Of a DNA stretch of 64,000 nt, positions 7,790-17,486 are shown piece after piece. Position numbers and translations under genes: made by a program. Each line of letters starts with the position of its first letter. The first letter of the stretch is position 1. Origin of the DNA: a virus (lineage: Duplodnaviria > Caudoviricetes); IMG/VR virus record IMGVR_UViG_3300031867_000015, positions 1 to 64,000 of that record; one strand, written 5' to 3'. The notes under the pieces were generated by a model. The model had not been told where the DNA came from. It ran no database searches and was given only the letters and a program-made list of their open reading frames with translations.

Positions 7790-10118
7790 TGCTTACCCCT
7801 TCACTTTCGTCATCATGTGGAGTTCTCATTTCAACCTCTTGTTGTTTACCCTCATTAAAGGATGTTTTGTAATCGCCAGTTAAATATCCTGTAACTCTAC
7901 GCAATCTTGCAATATCATCACTATCACATATGGGACAACGCTCATCTATACTTCCTATAAAGCCACAATTATTACAGGTATCATTAGGTACATTTATAGC
8001 AAAGTATGGGATATCCTTGTTCATTGCATAAGTAACAATCTTTTCAAGAGCCTGTGGGTTATCAAATGCATAACCGTCATTCTCGATATAAGTTATACAA
8101 CCTGCGGATGAATAGCCTGTAAGCTGTGATTCAATATCTATTTTTTCTTTCATTGAACACTTATACCAAACAGGAACATGAATAGAGTTTGTAAAGAATT
8201 TATTTTCAGAAACTCTCGGAATAACACCGTACTGAGATTTGAATTTAGTCATTGCCGTAAAACACAAATTCTCGGCAGGTGTATAATACACTCCAAAGTT
8301 AAGCCTATACTGTTGCTTAAACTCGGAACATCTGTCTTTAAATAACTGCTCTATCTTCTTAGCAAGTTCCATGCCTTTTTCTGTAGTATGGTCACAGCCT
8401 ATAAGAATCTGCAATGTTTCTGCAAGTCCAAGTTGACCAAGTGCAAGAGTACCATGCTTTAATGCTGAACGAATATCCTTACCGTCATAACCAATCATTG
8501 TGCCGTTTTCATACATAAACTTAGCACTGTCTGCTGACTGAGAACAGATATATTCAAAACGTTCAATCAACATATCCTTTGCTTCGTGAATTTTAGTATC
8601 AAGTATTTCAAAGAAGCTATCAATATCTTTGTTGTAAACTTCTCCTTTTGCCATCATTGCAAGTGTTGGCATTATAATGGTTACAGGACAAATGTTTCCT
8701 CTACCGTCTTTTGTCTGTGGATTAACACCTTCATCGGCATTGATATCATAACCGTTTGCTGTCCTACATCCCATTGTACTAAAATAGGTTTTGGGGTCAT
8801 TGCGGTCATAACCCACATTGCCACTCCAATCACAATTTGCATAGTTAGGATAAAGTCTTTTTGCAGTTGACTTAATGGCAAGTTGGAATAAGTCGTAGTT
8901 TGGAGAACCCTTATCGTTTACTCCTTTCATATACTGAAAAATACCACAAGGGAATATGCTCGTTCTATGAAGTCTACCTACACCAGAAATAGATGCCTGT
9001 AACAAGGTTTTAATTACAAGTCTACCCTCTGGAATAGTACACGTTCCATAGTTGATACTACTGAATGGTAACTGATTACCAGACCTACTTTGCAAGGTAT
9101 TAAGGTTATGATAAAGCCCTTCTATACCCTGTTTTAATTCAACGATTGTATCAAGCAGAGCCGAGTTATAATACTTTTCATTAAGATTTGATTTGTTACC
9201 TATCCTATAATCTTCTTCCACGGTGTTTGTCTTATTAAAGAAATCAGACTTATTATCTTCAATCCATTCGTCAAATCTATCTCTTACAATACCATGCTCA
9301 GTGTATAAATCAAATGCCATTTCTTCTATATTCATTTCAGAAAATTTTGTAGCATTATCTTTTATATAAGCATAGATATACCGTTTTAAGAAAGTCTTTC
9401 TTACATAAGGGACTAAAGACCAATCTAAATGTGTGGCTGAGACACCGCCAAACTGTTGTAAAGATTGTATCTGAAAAATTACAGCAATCAATTGTAATGC
9501 TGTACTTACGGAATTAGCAGGTCTTACATCACACTGTCTTGTATTAAATCCTTTAGCTAACAATTTATCTACTGGACACGAAAGACAGTTGTGGTCGCCC
9601 ACAGCATAATGGTCAAGGTCATGTTCGTAAACCATATTTCCTTCATGATTCTTTTTCGCCATTGGTGACATAATATACTTTAATGCATAATGCTTGCTAA
9701 TTGCAGAAGCCATACTACCTATTCTTCCACCAAAAGACCTTTCGTCCATATTGGCATTTTGATTCTCGACATTCTTAGCACCAAGTTTTTCTGCAACTTC
9801 TTTCATCAATGAATCATAATCATCTCTTGCTAACTTACGTCTATACCTGTACGTAATATATGCTTTCGCTACATAAAAGTCATACTGTGATATTTCCTGT
9901 TCAACGATATCCTGTATTGTTTCAACATGAATAACATCAGTAAACATATTCAGTGTATCAACTACATTATTCGTGATAGTTTCAATCTCATCTTCTTTCT
10001 CAGTGATATTATCGTAAACGTCTACGTAAGCATATGATATGGCTGAATAAATTTTACTTTCGTTAAAGTCAACCGTGTCTCCGTTTCTTTTGCATACTTT
10101 AGTTATCATCTTCATCAC
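7782..10118 (-). CDS. nrdD: anaerobic (class III) ribonucleotide reductase with ATP cone
   Basis: ATP cone VCKRNG, HDLD, MGCRT, TPAE, CxxC..CxxC, RRVTGYL glycyl radical motif. Confidence 0.95.
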   Translation of the reverse strand: MMKMITKVCKRNGDTVDFNESKIYSAISYAYVDVYDNITEKEDEIETITNNVVDTLNMFTDVIHVETIQDIVEQEISQYDFYVAKAYITYRYRRKLARDDYDSLMKEVAEKLGAKNVENQNANMDERSFGGRIGSMASAISKHYALKYIMSPMAKKNHEGNMVYEHDLDHYAVGDHNCLSCPVDKLLAKGFNTRQCDVRPANSVSTALQLIAVIFQIQSLQQFGGVSATHLDWSLVPYVRKTFLKRYIYAYIKDNATKFSEMNIEEMAFDLYTEHGIVRDRFDEWIEDNKSDFFNKTNTVEEDYRIGNKSNLNEKYYNSALLDTIVELKQGIEGLYHNLNTLQSRSGNQLPFSSINYGTCTIPEGRLVIKTLLQASISGVGRLHRTSIFPCGIFQYMKGVNDKGSPNYDLFQLAIKSTAKRLYPNYANCDWSGNVGYDRNDPKTYFSTMGCRTANGYDINADEGVNPQTKDGRGNICPVTIIMPTLAMMAKGEVYNKDIDSFFEILDTKIHEAKDMLIERFEYICSQSADSAKFMYENGTMIGYDGKDIRSALKHGTLALGQLGLAETLQILIGCDHTTEKGMELAKKIEQLFKDRCSEFKQQYRLNFGVYYTPAENLCFTAMTKFKSQYGVIPRVSENKFFTNSIHVPVWYKCSMKEKIDIESQLTGYSSAGCITYIENDGYAFDNPQALEKIVTYAMNKDIPYFAINVPNDTCNNCGFIGSIDERCPICDSDDIARLRRVTGYLTGDYKTSFNEGKQQEVEMRTPHDDESEGVSNA

Positions 10119-10231
10119 CCTTTCTTAAATTGATTTGTTCCATATATCTTTCACTTTTACCTGCTGATTTACAGCAACATAAAAGACAGATAGCATTTAT
10201 AGCTGTACAAGTTAATATAAAAGCAATCATA

Positions 10232-10801
10232 TTATATCTCCATAGTGCCATATATTCTTGAATTGTAATGCTCCAATGTTAGTGCAATATAATCTACAAT
10301 ATCATTCATCTGATTTCGATTCTCGTTAGTAAATATAAAATCACATATATGCTTGCCATCCTTGAAAGCCTTTGAATCGTAATCAAGTCGCTTCATTATC
10401 TGTTCATCCGAATCCCCTCTGTCTGCCATACGCTTTGCGACTATTGAACTATCACAATCAATAAAGAAAGAAAGGATAGTCTTGCATCCCTGATACTTTT
10501 CTTTAAGTTCACAAAAACCAACGATATCTGTTACGTACAGGTCTGCTTCATCAATCTGCTGTTGTGTGGCAAAGTATTCATAACCATTGTATTTATTGTA
10601 AGCAACTATATTGTCCTTGTAGTTCTCGACTTCATCACTGGATATAAATGTGTGAGTGTAAATATCCTTATCGTCATTCTCACGAATAGGTCTTGTAGTA
10701 TAAGAACGTACAGACTTATATCCATATTTACGTTCAAGTCTATTTACTATTGTTGATTTGCCTGAGCCACTGACTCCAATAATACAAATTATAGGCTTCA
10801 T
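10232..10801 (-). CDS. gmk: guanylate kinase-like
   Basis: GVSGSGKS P-loop, SYTTRP, RGDS. Confidence 0.88.
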   Translation of the reverse strand: MKPIICIIGVSGSGKSTIVNRLERKYGYKSVRSYTTRPIRENDDKDIYTHTFISSDEVENYKDNIVAYNKYNGYEYFATQQQIDEADLYVTDIVGFCELKEKYQGCKTILSFFIDCDSSIVAKRMADRGDSDEQIMKRLDYDSKAFKDGKHICDFIFTNENRNQMNDIVDYIALTLEHYNSRIYGTMEI

Positions 10802-11496
10802 TACTTATATTCCTCCTTTACAATATCCTTTAATGGCTTATGTCTACCACATCCCTTATATTCAGAACAGTAAGGAATTTCAAAACTTTCACACTTGGGT
10901 ACAAACAGCTTATCAAGGATATCCTTATCTTCGTCCGTAAGGTCAGGGCAGGTTAGAATTGCTTTCTTCATAGCTTTCGCTACTTCTCTTATTTCTCTGC
11001 TTGCTCTTTGGCAAAGTCTCAAACCAAAAAAGTTCATTAATGCTCTTATGTTCATCGTTTCAACCATATTTGTAGGTGTTGCATTAGGAAGAACTGAACG
11101 TGCTTCATCGGGAACACAACCAAGACTGAGTAATTCTTTATATGTTCTTAAAGATTCATTGCAACTATTCGTCATTTCATCTTCAAGATACATGGTATCA
11201 TCTGTATATGGCATTAAGGCAGTTGGTAGTACCCATGCAAGATTATCATATTCAACGTATCTTTGTGATTCAACGGATGGGCTTGCGTGTCTGTGTCTTG
11301 TTATCTGTGCAAGAAAACTACGTGAAACACCTGTAATTTTAAATGTAAAAGAAGCGTGTTCAAGTATTGAAGTATGACCACTTTTAATACATCCTTTTAC
11401 TATCTTTCTGCTTGGCTCACTGGCATAACACATCGAAGCGGCAATAGCGCAAGTCCCTATTGGGTCTTTAGTCCATGAGATTAATTCAACTTTCAT
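10801..11496 (-). CDS. thyX: flavin-dependent thymidylate synthase
   Basis: GHTSILEH, RHRHAS..SQRYV, ARSVLP, LRLC. Confidence 0.95.
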   Translation of the reverse strand: MKVELISWTKDPIGTCAIAASMCYASEPSRKIVKGCIKSGHTSILEHASFTFKITGVSRSFLAQITRHRHASPSVESQRYVEYDNLAWVLPTALMPYTDDTMYLEDEMTNSCNESLRTYKELLSLGCVPDEARSVLPNATPTNMVETMNIRALMNFFGLRLCQRASREIREVAKAMKKAILTCPDLTDEDKDILDKLFVPKCESFEIPYCSEYKGCGRHKPLKDIVKEEYK

Positions 11497-11744
11497 ATGT
11501 TTACTCCCCTTACAAAATACTTACTGATAAAGATTTCGGCAAGTCCCTCATCTTCTTCCGAGTAACTAACCACAACAGGCTTGCTTGTATCAAGACTAAG
11601 GATTCCAAGTAGGCTACGTCCATCAACTACGTATCTTCCACTTGAACTTACATCAACTTCTCTTAAAAACTTATTTGTCTGCTTAACAAAATCCTTAACC
11701 TTGTCAACTGTGTCAATTAGGATTGGTCTTGTAATTCTTCTCAT
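11493..11744 (-). CDS. HPr/Crh-family protein
   Basis: VDGRSLLGILSL (Ser46 region); no His anywhere in the protein. Confidence 0.8.
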   Translation of the reverse strand: MRRITRPILIDTVDKVKDFVKQTNKFLREVDVSSSGRYVVDGRSLLGILSLDTSKPVVVSYSEEDEGLAEIFISKYFVRGVNI

Positions 11745-11926
11745 ATCTTTATCTCCTTTATATAGTTTGGATTATCACCAAAAATCTTTGCAAATTCTTC
11801 TGGTGTTAACTGTCTTGTTTTAACTTCTGCGTTCTTGTTTATTTCTTCCGCACGTTCAACACTTCTTGTCATTTCTTCTATAAATCGTGCTTTCCAAAGT
11901 GATGCTGAATTAACTGCTGTTGGCAT
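11741..11926 (-). CDS. hypothetical protein
   Basis: ORF with RBS. Confidence 0.5.
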   Translation of the reverse strand: MPTAVNSASLWKARFIEEMTRSVERAEEINKNAEVKTRQLTPEEFAKIFGDNPNYIKEIKI

Positions 11927-11951
11927 AAATCAATTTTACCCTCCCTTCCTT

Positions 11952-12656
11952 TTATTCAATTACTGTTATTGTTATCGGAACTCTACCTGCATTTAAGAAT
12001 CCCTCTGGTATTTCTGAATTATCATAAAAATAAAAATCAATTGTATTATAATTACCTACACCGCAATCATCTACACGAAACGTTCCGTTCATGTATTCAG
12101 ATTCAATATAAAGTAATGTGCCAAAATCAAAATAATCACTGGCTACCGAGTAACCTGAGATTAACTGATTTCCACTTGCACCACAAGGATGATATGTGTA
12201 ACCCATTGATGTAGCGGCATAATAAGTCATATCCCAATATCCACTTAAAGGTTCTGTCTTTGTGATTGGCTCAACGATAATTGGTTCTGTCCTTGCAACC
12301 ACTTCTGTTTCTATTGGATATACAACTGACTCTATGATTGAATCAGTCAATGTACTCATCATCTGAGTTGTTGTTGGGTTCATCTTCGCAATTATCGCAT
12401 CCGTAATAGTTGTCGTATTCGTTGTCGTATGGTTCTTTGCAAACTGTGGTATAGTAACCCCTACTGTCGTAGTAGTCATAGTAGGTTCGCCAACTGTAAC
12501 ACTTTGGGACATACTTGCTTGTGAATTTGACTGACATTCCTTTTCACTCCTTATCGCTTTTGGACATTTTGTACACGATGTTAGTGCTATTATCATCAAC
12601 ATAGCACAGCTTAATGATTTAAAACGATTAATAAATACCACTCTCCAAATATACAT
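11952..12656 (-). CDS. exported/lipoprotein with Thr-rich linker and 3D cell-wall hydrolase domain
   Basis: LTSC lipobox-like, Thr-rich linker, TYY..VASD..GTLLYI..VDDCG..IDFY. Confidence 0.75.
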   Translation of the reverse strand: MYIWRVVFINRFKSLSCAMLMIIALTSCTKCPKAIRSEKECQSNSQASMSQSVTVGEPTMTTTTVGVTIPQFAKNHTTTNTTTITDAIIAKMNPTTTQMMSTLTDSIIESVVYPIETEVVARTEPIIVEPITKTEPLSGYWDMTYYAATSMGYTYHPCGASGNQLISGYSVASDYFDFGTLLYIESEYMNGTFRVDDCGVGNYNTIDFYFYDNSEIPEGFLNAGRVPITITVIE

Positions 12657-12710
12657 TTTACTCTTTGATAATCATAAATAATATGTGGCTATCATTCCAA
12701 CCACAATAAT

Positions 12711-12739
12711 ATTATAACATACAATTCACTCTTTGTCAA
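12711..12739 (-). promoter_or_regulatory. sigmaA promoter with embedded phage operator motif
   Basis: TTGACA-17-TATAAT; spacer contains AGAGTGAATTGTA. Confidence 0.85.
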
Positions 12740-12783
12740 GTGTTTTTTGAAAAAAAATATATTTTTTTCAAAATATTTTTTAA

Positions 12784-12993
12784 TCAATCACAGGTACTAC
12801 CAAGCCAAAAGCTTACATAATAACCATCATGTTCATCCTTGTGTACTGTAGTTCCGTATACTCCATAACCACGAATCTCACCATATGAAAAAATATCTTC
12901 CATATCCTGTGGGGCAAGATAACCATGATACTCGTTAATAGCAAGGTCATACTGTTCCTTCGTAATAGGTCTACGTAAATACTTTTCAAACAT
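12784..12993 (-). CDS. hypothetical protein
   Basis: MFEKY..GEIRGYGVYG..GSTCD. Confidence 0.6.
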   Translation of the reverse strand: MFEKYLRRPITKEQYDLAINEYHGYLAPQDMEDIFSYGEIRGYGVYGTTVHKDEHDGYYVSFWLGSTCD

Positions 12994-12994
12994 T

Positions 12995-13189
12995 TTACTT
13001 TCTCCTTCCGTACTTCTCGGCAAACTTCCAAATCAGTTCAATCATTTCATCTTCTTCGTAATAGAACAAATCGCCATATTCTTTTTCAAGATTCATAAAC
13101 AGTTGTCCTACTCGACAATCAGGAAAATACACTTTATGAATATGGTTTAATTCTGCATAGAAGTTATTAAGTCTTTCGGGCTTACGCAT
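12995..13189 (-). CDS. hypothetical protein
   Basis: MRKPERL..PDCRVGQL..DLFYYEED pattern typical of small phage proteins. Confidence 0.65.
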   Translation of the reverse strand: MRKPERLNNFYAELNHIHKVYFPDCRVGQLFMNLEKEYGDLFYYEEDEMIELIWKFAEKYGRRK

Positions 13190-13194
13190 AATTT

Positions 13195-13608
13195 TTACTC
13201 CTTTGTTAATTTAACTTTCTTACAATTTGATTCTTTACAATTTGAATTAAACATTCCTATCCTTACAATAGGTGTTCCTGTTAACATATCAAACCCAACT
13301 ATACGTTCCATTTCTTCTACGTGAAGGAAATCTACATAATTGCATCCATCAATATAAAAAGTTAAATGGTCATAAAAGGTATTTCTTTGAACATTAATTG
13401 ATATCTCACCAATAAAATCACCATTGCAAAAGTTAACACCATTAAGATAACATATAACAGTAAATACTGCCTTGTCATTTTCAATTGTCTTACATGAACA
13501 TATTGCTTCAAACTGTATATGGCGAATATAATAAAAATGAAACTGTGTGAAAACAGTAGGGTCAAATAAGATTATCTCTTTTGTTTTTGTTAGTTTCATA
13601 TTGCGCAC
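13195..13608 (-). CDS. hypothetical protein
   Basis: ORF in operon. Confidence 0.5.
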   Translation of the reverse strand: MRNMKLTKTKEIILFDPTVFTQFHFYYIRHIQFEAICSCKTIENDKAVFTVICYLNGVNFCNGDFIGEISINVQRNTFYDHLTFYIDGCNYVDFLHVEEMERIVGFDMLTGTPIVRIGMFNSNCKESNCKKVKLTKE

Positions 13609-13611
13609 ATC

Positions 13612-13962
13612 CTAACTTTCATATTCGTATATTTCTTTTACCTTGCGTGTAAATTCTACATATAATTCAATAACACTCTGTTTAATAACAGGAACAAAGT
13701 ATTCTTCAAAGTCCTTGCGGTCAAAGTTATCAAAGAACATAAAATAATCTGGTACTGCGACTTGTAATCCTAACCGTAATACATCCGAATATGTGCCTGT
13801 TCCTTCTATATAGACACTAACTCCATTAGGAACATACCATTTGTTAGTGGGGATTACTTTAGTTACTGTACCCACACAATCAATTGACTGAGGTATTATT
13901 GAATTAACAACTTTCTTCGTTATTTCAATCGCATATGATAATACTTCATTCAAAACAAGCAC
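13612..13962 (-). CDS. hypothetical protein
   Basis: ORF in operon. Confidence 0.5.
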   Translation of the reverse strand: MLVLNEVLSYAIEITKKVVNSIIPQSIDCVGTVTKVIPTNKWYVPNGVSVYIEGTGTYSDVLRLGLQVAVPDYFMFFDNFDRKDFEEYFVPVIKQSVIELYVEFTRKVKEIYEYES

Positions 13963-14206
13963 CTTCTTCTTGTAAGTATAGATTTTTATTATTAATTAAA
14001 AGTATTCCTTCAAAAATAAATACCTGATAGTTTCTGATAAAGGTAATTTCAATATGGTTTTTGTTTTCATCAACAACAATACTTTTAATACCTATCTCTT
14101 TATTTTCTGATAAGTTTGAATTACGTACAGTATAAGAGGATAAGGTGTATTTGAGTTTACAACTAAGTAAACTACTTTCAATATTGACCTTCCCTGAGAG
14201 CATCAT
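13946..14206 (-). CDS. hypothetical protein
   Basis: ORF in operon; start uncertain. Confidence 0.4.
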   Translation of the reverse strand: MMLSGKVNIESSLLSCKLKYTLSSYTVRNSNLSENKEIGIKSIVVDENKNHIEITFIRNYQVFIFEGILLINNKNLYLQEEGACFE

Positions 14207-14270
14207 TTAAAACATCGTCTACAAGATTTATTGCTTTCTGAATCGTTTCGTTCATGATTATCTTCCTTTC

Positions 14271-15539
14271 TTAAAACAAGGCACATCCTTGTCTCTTAAA
14301 GTCAGCAATTGTATCATTCCAATCTTCGTTATTCATATTATTCTGTTCCATTAAATGTTTTTTGCAATATATTTTATTAGTATTTCTTCCAAATAATTTT
14401 AAGTTCATTGCTATCACTTCACTTTGCCTAACATTTTTGTTGCAAATACAACACACTTGATTGAAATATTGCAATGCCGTTTGTTGGCTAATTCCTTTAT
14501 GCTTCATAAATTCTTCAATTACTTTGTCTGTTGGTTCTGGTCTATATAATCCTCCATGCCACGCTTCATTAATATATTCGTCAATTGTACAGTTTAATTT
14601 AGTCCAACGCTCATTTTTGATAAAATCTTTTCTAAGTATTTCATGCCATCTGTCAAATAAATATCTATACCAATATTTATCAAGCACCCATGTATACTTA
14701 GTGTAGTAAGGGCAAGCTATTCCACATCCTACTCGTTTATATCCCTTTCGATATTTATTATTAATTTCAAGATTATATTTAAAAATATACAGCCATATAT
14801 ACAATTCGCTCCATTCTCTGATAGGCAAACAGCTTATCCAGTTACGCTGTCTCCATATAGGATTATGGTCAAAATCTTTGCGGTCTGCCCTATCGTATGA
14901 TTCGTCATTTCTAATTCCCATAAAAAAACAAATCTTATCTTTCTTATTGAAATATTGCATAGCCTGTGTCTCTTTGAATAGTCCACAACATTCTTTGCTA
15001 AATCTTGTAGGAATAAAATTGTTTTCTTTTATGTGTTGGTAAAAACCATAATCAGGATTAATGATATGCCAATTTTTGTGTTTCTTCACCATTTTGTATG
15101 TGTCAGCTACATCAAGTGTTGTGTTATTAAAATATATTGTAGGTTTCTGAACTCTGCGTTTAACAAGATGAAGTGTAACCATACTATCTTTACCAGTAGA
15201 AACAAGAATATATTTTTTATGTTTGAAGTATTTAGTGACAGCTTCATTAATAATACTCAATGCTTTATCTTCCATTGCTGATAGTTCATCATCTAACCGA
15301 TTCAATGTTTCACTCCATGTTTCATATTGGTTAATGTCATTAATTTTGGCATCCTTATGTGGTGATATTTTAATACTTAAATCCTCAAACACTCGGTATT
15401 TATATAGCTTGATTAATTTACCATTGGAATCAAACCCACATATAAAATGATTATCTAACCAAAATCTGTCCTCTTGTATTGGTAGGGGATAACCTAAATC
15501 CTCCCACATTTTTATCATTTCCTTAAATATAGGTTGCAT
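14271..15539 (-). CDS. PAPS reductase family (DndC/SspD-like) protein with C-terminal Cys-rich domain
   Basis: STGKDS PP-loop, CCGLFK, GIRNDES..R, PIREW, RVGCGIACPY; tail FKRQGCALF. Confidence 0.85.
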   Translation of the reverse strand: MQPIFKEMIKMWEDLGYPLPIQEDRFWLDNHFICGFDSNGKLIKLYKYRVFEDLSIKISPHKDAKINDINQYETWSETLNRLDDELSAMEDKALSIINEAVTKYFKHKKYILVSTGKDSMVTLHLVKRRVQKPTIYFNNTTLDVADTYKMVKKHKNWHIINPDYGFYQHIKENNFIPTRFSKECCGLFKETQAMQYFNKKDKICFFMGIRNDESYDRADRKDFDHNPIWRQRNWISCLPIREWSELYIWLYIFKYNLEINNKYRKGYKRVGCGIACPYYTKYTWVLDKYWYRYLFDRWHEILRKDFIKNERWTKLNCTIDEYINEAWHGGLYRPEPTDKVIEEFMKHKGISQQTALQYFNQVCCICNKNVRQSEVIAMNLKLFGRNTNKIYCKKHLMEQNNMNNEDWNDTIADFKRQGCALF

Positions 15540-15585
15540 ATTAATTTTGTCCCCACTTCACTTTATATATCACAATAGTATTTAA

Positions 15586-15855
15586 TCATTCTATAATACC
15601 CCTCTCTCTTATTCCTAATGCTGTAAGATTAACAACATTCTTAGGAAACTTGCGGTCTATTAAATAATTATAACCACCTGTTTTAAATTCTTCTAAATAC
15701 TCAGGGTCAATAACACTAACTGTGTTGGGTTTATTAAACCCAACTATAATGCCCTCGGTAAAAGAAGAATGATATCCCTTTGATGCTCTTTCATTGTAAA
15801 GCACTACATCTCCCTTATTGATTTCGTGTCCAAAATAATCTTTAGCAATTGTCAT
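15586..15855 (-). CDS. hypothetical protein
   Basis: DYFGHEINKGDVV, RBS. Confidence 0.6.
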   Translation of the reverse strand: MTIAKDYFGHEINKGDVVLYNERASKGYHSSFTEGIIVGFNKPNTVSVIDPEYLEEFKTGGYNYLIDRKFPKNVVNLTALGIRERGIIE

Positions 15856-15868
15856 TTTCGTTCTCCTT

Positions 15869-16087
15869 TTAATCCTCTTTCCATTTCATAAACCCTACAA
15901 TATTAATAATCATGTATACCACATACATTAATACCATAGGAATATTAGGATTACCAAGAAAATTAACAGCAATCCAAACCACATTTCCAATGAGCCATAT
16001 TAACCAACCCATACGATTTTTCTTGGCGATAAATATATTACCGCCAAGACTTAATATCGTTCCTATAATTGAAAGAATCAGTATCAT
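15869..16087 (-). CDS. PnuC-like small membrane protein
   Basis: 3 TM, GWLIWLIGN..INIVGFMKW. Confidence 0.7.
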   Translation of the reverse strand: MILILSIIGTILSLGGNIFIAKKNRMGWLIWLIGNVVWIAVNFLGNPNIPMVLMYVVYMIINIVGFMKWKED

Positions 16088-17367
16088 TACTTATTGTCCT
16101 TATCCTCTGAGGTCAGCTTATCCATAGCATCTTTAACAAGCTGTTCTTTTCTTTCCTTTTCAAGTCTTTCCTTTGCCATTCTCATAGCGTGTTTACGTTC
16201 AAGATATTTATTCAGCTTATCAACCTTACGCTGTGCATGAGCCTGTTCACATTTTCTTGCTTCGTTTACGGTATTATATACCTTATGGCATACCTTACAG
16301 GTTCTCTGTTCCTTGTCATAGTCAGCAACTTCCTTCTTCCACTTCTTATAAGTTGTGTTGAAGTCACCACCAACTGCTCTATTTGCAAGTGTCTCTAAGA
16401 TAGTTGTGCAAATTGATTCACCCCAAGACTTAATAGCAATCTGATACATCAGGTTAGCTTCTTCTGACTTACTGGCAATTATCTTAGCTGATGCTACAAG
16501 ACAACCTGTACGCTCGTTAAAATCTTCCTCATCACAGGTAGTAGAGCCTTTACCGTTAATAGTCTTAGCTGTTGTTGTAATAGTAGGAATCTTTACTTCT
16601 CTTGTTTTCTTTTCAAGAATCGTCTTGTTCTTGCTGTCCTTATGTTCGATAGTATCGACCACGATAGCTGTACGCTCACCCTTAGTAAAAGTAAATGTGT
16701 TTCTCATTGTTTCATTCTCCTTATTCTTAATATTTTCAAGTGCTTTCTTATCAACCGTAAAAGTACGGCATCCCATTGTGGATATTTTATCTACAACTGT
16801 TCTTGCTATATCAGCAGACTTATCAATCTGTGCGAATGATACAACGAACTCCCGATTAGTGTCTGGGTTTGAGACAAGTCCAAGTTCATTCTCGTTGTAT
16901 ATATCGTCAAATTCATATATCGGAAGTTCTGAGTACGGAGGATTGGTTTTATACCAATTAATATCACTGTAAGCATGAATTTTTCCATCTTCAATATGAT
17001 ATGCCGTATTGTTTCCATAAGGTGTCCAACACTTATCAGCAGACCACATACCATCGGCTTCAAGTCTGATAAACAGTATATCTGCATCTCGCTGTGTTCT
17101 TGTGTGAATCAGGCAATCTATTTCCTTCTCTTTAATTTTAGAGAATGTTGGAGCAACAGGCTCAACAAGTTCAATGTCACTTTCTCCAACCCACCAACCG
17201 TGACCATCTTCGCACCTACCGTCTAAAGTATGCATAACTGCTTGATACTTTTTAAACTCTACTCCAAAGTAATCATCATTAATAGCCCTCACTATTCCCA
17301 TCTCTTTATCAATAAATGGAAATGCTTGTGTACCTCTTACCCAATCTCCAATTTTAAATTTACTCAT
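16087..17367 (-). CDS. hypothetical multidomain protein
   Basis: MSKFKIGDWV SH3-like start, CxxC..C..H near C-terminus. Confidence 0.7.
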   Translation of the reverse strand: MSKFKIGDWVRGTQAFPFIDKEMGIVRAINDDYFGVEFKKYQAVMHTLDGRCEDGHGWWVGESDIELVEPVAPTFSKIKEKEIDCLIHTRTQRDADILFIRLEADGMWSADKCWTPYGNNTAYHIEDGKIHAYSDINWYKTNPPYSELPIYEFDDIYNENELGLVSNPDTNREFVVSFAQIDKSADIARTVVDKISTMGCRTFTVDKKALENIKNKENETMRNTFTFTKGERTAIVVDTIEHKDSKNKTILEKKTREVKIPTITTTAKTINGKGSTTCDEEDFNERTGCLVASAKIIASKSEEANLMYQIAIKSWGESICTTILETLANRAVGGDFNTTYKKWKKEVADYDKEQRTCKVCHKVYNTVNEARKCEQAHAQRKVDKLNKYLERKHAMRMAKERLEKERKEQLVKDAMDKLTSEDKDNK

Positions 17368-17457
17368 ATGATTTCTCCTTTAATATACATTTTACTCTAT
17401 GCTAAAGTAAAGAGAGTAGTGCGATTTTATATCGCACTTGTTCTCCTTACATTTACT

Positions 17458-17486
17458 ATTATACTATACTTTTCACTCTTTGTCAA
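17458..17486 (-). promoter_or_regulatory. sigmaA promoter with operator variant
   Basis: TTGACA-17-TATAAT. Confidence 0.8.
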
